Below are positions 57,992 to 64,000 of a stretch of DNA of 64,000 nucleotides, piece by piece (the stretch's first letter is position 1; each line of letters begins with the position of its first letter). This DNA comes from the human T2T-CHM13v2.0 reference genome, Homo sapiens: positions 19,232,001-19,296,000 of the forward strand of contig CP068257.2 of NCBI GenBank assembly GCA_009914755.4, in the 5' to 3' direction. The notes beneath the pieces are model-generated. The model saw only the letters and a program-made list of their open reading frames with translations, had not been told where the DNA came from and searched no databases. The translations under genes were made by a program, and so were the position numbers.

Positions 57992-60900
57992 TCTTGCAAC
58001 TGTACACTCTTCTGGTCAGTGTTTTTTACAGCTCTAGCTGAGCTTCTGCTTGCAGTCCACCACTGCTGATGGTTGTCATCGCAGACCCGCGGCTGATGTC
58101 CACCACTCCAGATCCGGCAGGGTGTCCTCTGTGCTCCTGATCCAGCGAGGCGCCCATTGCCACTCCCAACCAGGCTAAAGGCTTGCCATTGTTGCTGCAC
58201 AGCTAAGTGCCCGGGCTCGTCCTCCTCGAGCTGAACACTGGTTGCTGGGTTCCACGGTTCTCTTCTGTGACCCATGGCTTCTAATAGAGCTATAACACTG
58301 CATGGCCCAAGATTCCATTCCTTGGAATCCGTGAGGCCAAGAACCCCAGGTCAGAGAACAAAAGACTTGCTGCCATCTTGGGAGCAGCCTGCCCCATCTT
58401 AGGAGCCCTAAGAACAAAGATCGTCCAGTAACATAAGCACTTTTAATTCACCCATAGCTTTTATTATAAAATATTTAATAACATAATAACTTTGTATCAA
58501 CTTAAAAAGTGCAGTGCTATACAATTTAGAAATAAACTTTAGTTTCTCGGTTTACTTAACAGTTCACTCTTTTTAACTTAAAATATCCTCTAAAATCTCT
58601 ATGATTCAGAGATGCTGAGTATTATATTTCAGCTGGAAAGAATTTAAAACTATTTATGAAAATCTATTTAAATAAATTTAGTAAGTTCAATTGCCAAAAT
58701 GAAGAAGGTTGCAAAATAAACAGCTTAGATGCTTATTCTATGAATAATTTTAGCTTTGTCTTCAAGGGCTATGTTTTAAACATCGTTTTGTGGATACTCA
58801 GCAATCCGTTTTGATTTAGTCATTTATTGGTGATTACCTCTTGATTCATCAAAGTAGAAATCCTGGTTGGTTCTGGAGTGCTTCATTTATGCAAAATTTG
58901 GTTAAGTCAAAAAGGACCATTCTTGCAGCGTGGTTACCATCAACCTTATTAGCCTCATATGTTTAGGAAAATTACCTGTTTCATGGCTAAAATTTTTGCA
59001 AATTATTACACCCATGTGAAATCATATGAAATATACAGTGGTATGTGTGGGGATACAGGGAGACTTATCTGGATCATGGTGACCAACATATAAATATTAG
59101 CTATTTCAGTGAGCCTCCACAGATTCAACAGATGTATTTTAACAAGTTGTACTGACATTAGTATTATATATAACATTATATGTAATATATAATGATATAT
59201 ATGATGTCATACATCTAACCAAATAAAACAAAGTAATTATAAATAGAGATAGAGAGAGGGAATGTACTCAAAATAGAATGAAAAGTAGGTGTAGAAAAAA
59301 ATCAATGAAATCAGAAATCTCCATTTGGCAATCATGTTAGTAATAATTAACTCAAACATCTATGGATGTTATCACTAGTATACAAAAGTTGGATGAACAT
59401 TGAAATACTTGCATAGTTTTAAAGTACTTCCCTCCAGAATTCTTATCAATTATAAAGAGGGCAAGAGTAACATCACAGCAGAGATAGCTAGCACACTAGT
59501 ATAACTGAGTGATCAAAGTCAATATTCCCAGAGATGTGATAGATTGACAGGCAATGATAAAAACACAGAATTACTTCTGTGATATTCCTGCCAAAAATGC
59601 GTAACATGAATCTCATCAGGAAAAAACATCAGATAAACCCAAATCGAGGAATATTTTACAAAATAACTGGCTTATAGTCTTCAAAAATATAAGGTCATAA
59701 GAATCGAAGAAGCATTGAGGAATTATTTCCTCAATGCTAAAGAGACATGATGATCAATGCAAGGAGTGATCCAGGATTAGATTTATTTTAGGATATTATT
59801 GGGACATTTGGCAAATTTGAATGGGATGTCTTGGCAAGGAGTTTTGTGGGACTACTTTGTACTGTGCTTGTAATTTCTCATAAAGTTTGAAATTATATCA
59901 ACACACACAAAAAATTGAACTGATACTATTATTAATATGCCAAGTGACTCCTAGCCTATTGGAGGATATACAAATAAAATAAAATTGTGATAAAAATTTG
60001 GGACTGAGGGTTATTTATTGTTCAATCCTGTGTTAGGCATATTTCTTTTCTTACTTAAAGTAAGTGTTCCAATTTCTTGACTGAAACACAGATACACTAA
60101 TTGGGGAGAGTTAGAATTGTTCTGTGATTAACCACAGTGCTGACAGTCCAAAGGAAAATGTATTAAATTCATTTCTGCCAGATTTTTTAATGAATTACTC
60201 ATCTGCATCACAATGCTATCCAATTGTATGTCTATTGCACATGAAATATATTTGATTATCTTTTATTTAAAATTATTAGATTCCACCATATTTAGCCATA
60301 TAACTATGATGACATTTTCTAGCATTTTACTGTTTCACATTTGAAGCAGTCTAAGTAAGATAATATGATTCATAGTATCATTGTTCTGATTATGATGTTG
60401 AGACAAGAGATTTTCTAACACAAACTTAAAATCACCTCTTGTCACAAATATTACTTTAAATGTGAAAAACTGCAATTACTTTTGCACTAACCTAATATAA
60501 ATGACCTTACATCACATGTCCAGCAGTTTATTACTTATCAACTTTAAAATAATTGTGAAATTGTAAATGATTGCCATATTGCTTTTTTTATAGACTGTCT
60601 CAGGTATAGAGAGATATATAACAATTTGAAAAGACCCAATGAAATGTAAGTGTGTTTATTGTACAATAAGCTTTACCCCATGAAATTTTACTCAGATCAC
60701 AATGAAATGTATTTTATTCACCATTTCAGGAAAAGAAATCACCAGTAAACCTTCTGAATGTTATGTTTATTCAAGTTCATTATGGTTGAAAAGAAAATAG
60801 GTTTCCTTTGTAGTTGCATTTTTTCAATTTCAGTAAAACAAAATGAGATTATATTAGTTGTATGAAAACACCTGAGTTCATGTATACAAATCTTGTTTTC

Positions 60901-62142
60901 AAGATTAAGTATAAGTGAAAAGTTATTTAAAGAATATTATTATCTTTTGCACTCTACCAGGAATGGTGAAGAAAGGGATACATAGAAATTTATTTTTAGA
61001 ATCTGTGCTGCACAATTCTTGTTAAAGCCTAAGATTTACATTTGGAGAAAGAAATCTCATAATCACAAATTCTAGCCATCCCTTGTATTACTTTTTATAA
61101 ATTATAGTAAACAGATGTGAGGTATTTATTTAGAGAATGTTTCAGATATTGATAATGACAAATTTGGTGTACTTTTCTAAAATTTCAAATATAGTTGTAA
61201 TAATGGACTTTTATGATAGATGCAATGCTATAATTTGATTGGACTGTTTCATTTTTCCCCCTGGCACATAAAAGACTCCATTTTGTTAGTCCCCTATCAG
61301 CTGGCTGGGACCACGTGGCAAGTAGAATATGGGCGGAAGTTATATAGTGCACTTCCAGTTCTGGCACTATGATATCATACACATTCTTCTTATACTTATT
61401 TTTTAGTAGCAGGAGGCAAAAGACTCAGTGGAGGATGGCAAGAGCCAAAGTGGTCCCAGAACCAATACATGGAAAGTATCTCCTTCCCTATTCACCCCTT
61501 GAAGGATGAATCAGAATGTCCTGGATGTCCTGGATGGATAGAGATGTCCTGTAGATTGTCTGACCAAGAACATCCACATTGCACTTTGCATGAGTGAGAA
61601 ATAAACTTTAATGATGTTAATCCATTGTGATTTGGGATTGTTATAGCAGCTCATGTCTGTCTAAAGCAGCTTTCTACTTTAATCATGAGGTTACCTGGAA
61701 ACAAATGGGGTATGTTTGTACAAAAGTACGTCATAGTGTATAAATTTCTCATTAATTGTCAAGCATAGAGTAACTGCATTTTCCCTCCCATTTTTGCAGG
61801 TATTTTGTAAGGATGATATACATTAAAAGCAAAGTATTCTGATGTTGATTTATTTCTAAAAGGAACTTGAATCAACACAGATTTGGCCAAGGTTTCTAAC
61901 CATCTATATCTATAGTAGCATGCCACCAATGCATATAAGACATTTAACCCTAGGGACAAGACATTATCTGAGATCCAAATTATGAAAATATTAGGTCTAA
62001 TGTGCCAAATATTATCTTTAGATATTAATACCCACATAAATTATATAAAGTTTAATCTGTAGAGGTTGATGGTTGACAAGTTCCTCACACACTGATCCTT
62101 CAGAGAGCAATTTAAGGTCTCTTACCACACTAACAGAATACA

Positions 62143-62300
62143 CAACTAATATTTACATAGTGCTGGGCAGTACAGAGAACATTTTCCATAGATTATCCAG
62201 TTTACTCCTCACAGCCGACCTAGAAACTGAGAATTCCGATCAGTTCTATTTTACAGGTTAAGAAACACAGCCAAGTGGTAGTTATTCTGAGACAGCCTTG
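62143..62300 (-). mobile_element. MIR SINE fragment
   Basis: ctaatatttacatagtgctgggcagtacagagaacattttccatagattatccagtttactcctcacagccgacctagaaactgagaattccgatcagttctattttacaggttaagaaacacagccaagtggtagttattctgagacagcc aligns to antisense MIR (gctaacatttattgagcgcttactatgtgccaggcactgtgctaagcgctttacatgcattatctcatttaatcctcacaacaaccctatgaggtaggtactattattatccccattttacagatgaggaaactgaggcacagagaggttaagtaacttgcccaaggtcacacagc). Confidence 0.55.
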
Positions 62301-64000
62301 TAAGGAACAGCTTTACTTTATTCATCAAAGTAGCTTCAATACTTATTCCAGTGTCTGTTAAATGGTAAACACCAGAAAGAAATTCTCCAAAGAGCTAAAT
62401 AAGCAAAGAACTAAATAAACAAGGATATCTTTCATGTCCTCTGATCCTACACCCATTCTGTGTGCCCATAACTCCCCTAGTATTTTAGTTGTATATCTTT
62501 CCTGGGGCTCTTACTGTACTTTTTTCTTGCATCTCCAAGAAATGTAGACTATATGCCCTATAATGACTCAATGAATAACTTAATTCTCCTCCTAAATTGA
62601 GGAAACTGGAACTCAAATGAACTCTTGGAACTTGTTCTAATTTTGTACTGGAGCAACCACAAACTGACAGATAAAGTATGCCAGTGCTTAGCAAACCTCA
62701 CTACTCAATTTCAACCTTATGAATATTTTCCAATAGTAAGAGATGAAAGTAAGAAAAATTAAAAACATATCTCAATTTCCAACTCTAAAAATTAATGTTC
62801 ACTCCTATCCAATCTAAAAATGTTGCCTCAGCCTGGCTAGGAAAAACGGTGATCTCAGTAGAACCTTCAAGATTAAAAGAACACTGTACTGTCTGAGTTA
62901 ATCAATAACGTTCTAAGGAGAAACTTTCTTAGTTATTCACTGTTATCTAAGCAGAATTCCTCATCCCATTAATGTTTTAAGAATGGGATTTGAGGTTTAT
63001 AAGTAAAGGTTATAATTTAAACGCAGCTTTTTAATACATTTAACATTTAGTGGCTTCCTATGCTTAAATATAGGGGAAAAACTGTAGAATGCATTACTTT
63101 TCCAGCTTTACTTATTTAGGGGAAAAGAAGAGAAGGGATGCATCTTCAGCAATTGGGGGACATCAAAATAATTGACATTGATGGTAAATCTAGTAGCTTT
63201 AATTGTAGACTGACACATAGGGAATTGTTTCTTTCAGATCAAAAATTCAATTTCTTCTGACACATCAAAGTTATTAATTTATGTTCAATTTAGTTTGAAG
63301 TCTAGCTTTAGTTTTGTATTGGGGTCTTTTTAAAATTTACAATTTATGAAAGGTCTGTAGCCCTATTCTCATCCAGTTAATTCAACAGGAGCTACTTATG
63401 TTGTCTTATTTTCCATGCATTAAAGATGGATGGGGATCTACCCCCTACCTAAATGTTAAACTGCACCAGAAGGTGATGTGTACAATTCAAATGAAAAGAA
63501 ACTCCATTGTCAGTTTGTTTCTATGTGACTGGAAGATAAGGTAGAAAGAACTTAAAATTCATTTGTATTTTGAGAATTTTACAAGAGTGGCTAATTTAAC
63601 TCTCAAGATAACATCATATGAAATACATACTGGTTCTCTCTCTCTTTCTCACCATCTCCCTTGCCCCATTTTAGTGTAAGTTTAGGAAAGTGAAACTTTA
63701 AAACTTTAATTATGTCAATAATTACTCAGAGCTTTGTCTGCCTGATTCCAAAGTCACTAGTTTATTTTTTTATATAAGAAAATAAGGAGTTTCATCAATT
63801 AGATCCCTGCACTGGGGGGCTCCTTCTTATAGGATGACACTGAGGAAAATAGCACAACCTGCTTTGAGAGAATAACTCCTCCTAAATATAACTGATTAAT
63901 CCTTCTCTTTTGAAGACCAAAAAAGGGATTAAATCAAGATTCAATAGAGAATTCCGATAACTATTTGCATCTTTTACTTGTCCAATCTTTGATAGTATGC

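Larger units (their letters stand above)
57675..58433 (+). mobile_element. ERV1-type (class I, gamma-retrovirus-like) solo LTR, about 760 bp, TG...CA termini flanked by a 4-bp TSD TAAG
   Basis: taag|TGagagacagg...(U3 with ccaatc and tataaa)...(R with attaaa)...gtgaggccaagaaccccaggtcagagaac...cgtccagtaaCA|taag. The 4-bp TSD length is the ERV1 hallmark. The R/U5-like phrase gaggccaagaaccccaggtcagagaac resembles ERV1 LTRs such as MER41 (ggcccaagaaccccggtcaggaacac). Exact family not determined. Confidence 0.55.

Overview
This window is primate (almost certainly human) nuclear DNA, not a prokaryotic locus. By eye it is AT-rich and repeat-dense, and I found no convincing protein-coding exon. I did not find an operon-like, defence-island-like or otherwise novel biological system, and I do not think one is present. 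Species assignment rests on 14 Alu elements (primate-specific), three of them young AluY copies with intact target-site duplications, and on L1PA-type LINE-1 sequence.

What the window contains:
- 14 Alu copies.
- Several LINE-1 insertions.
- Solo LTRs of the ERVL-MaLR class (THE1/MST/MLT-like).
- One ERV1-type solo LTR with a TAAG target-site duplication.
- MIR fragments.
- One hAT-like MITE.
- Many microsatellites: (GT)n, (CT)n, (TTA)n, (GATA)n, (GAAAA)n, (TTTC)n.

ORF track: the longest ORFs (177 and 184 aa) are decayed L1 ORF1p and ORF2p-endonuclease fragments. Many others are translations of Alu sequence (the recurrent [14 protein letters not shown]... peptide) or of microsatellites.

Most unusual structures:
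1. A composite L1 at 51187-56597. A minus-strand 3' arm abuts a plus-strand arm that runs from the very 5' end of the L1 5'UTR into ORF2. A candidate TSD (ttt[ac]agtattttt) flanks both outer ends. I read this as a 5'-inverted, twin-priming-type insertion with about 1 kb missing internally.
2. A second, canonical twin-primed L1 at 45255-47995. Its two oppositely oriented arms end at the same ORF2 motif.
3. A MaLR LTR at 35272-35888 inserted into an L1 3' end. The LTR has since acquired about 215 bp of internal (CA)n/(GT)n/(TA)n.
4. An old L1M element at about 40200-45240 with nested Alu and LTR-like insertions, each with a clean TSD.

All family assignments were made by eye against remembered consensus sequences. 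Coordinates are approximate to about 10 bp.
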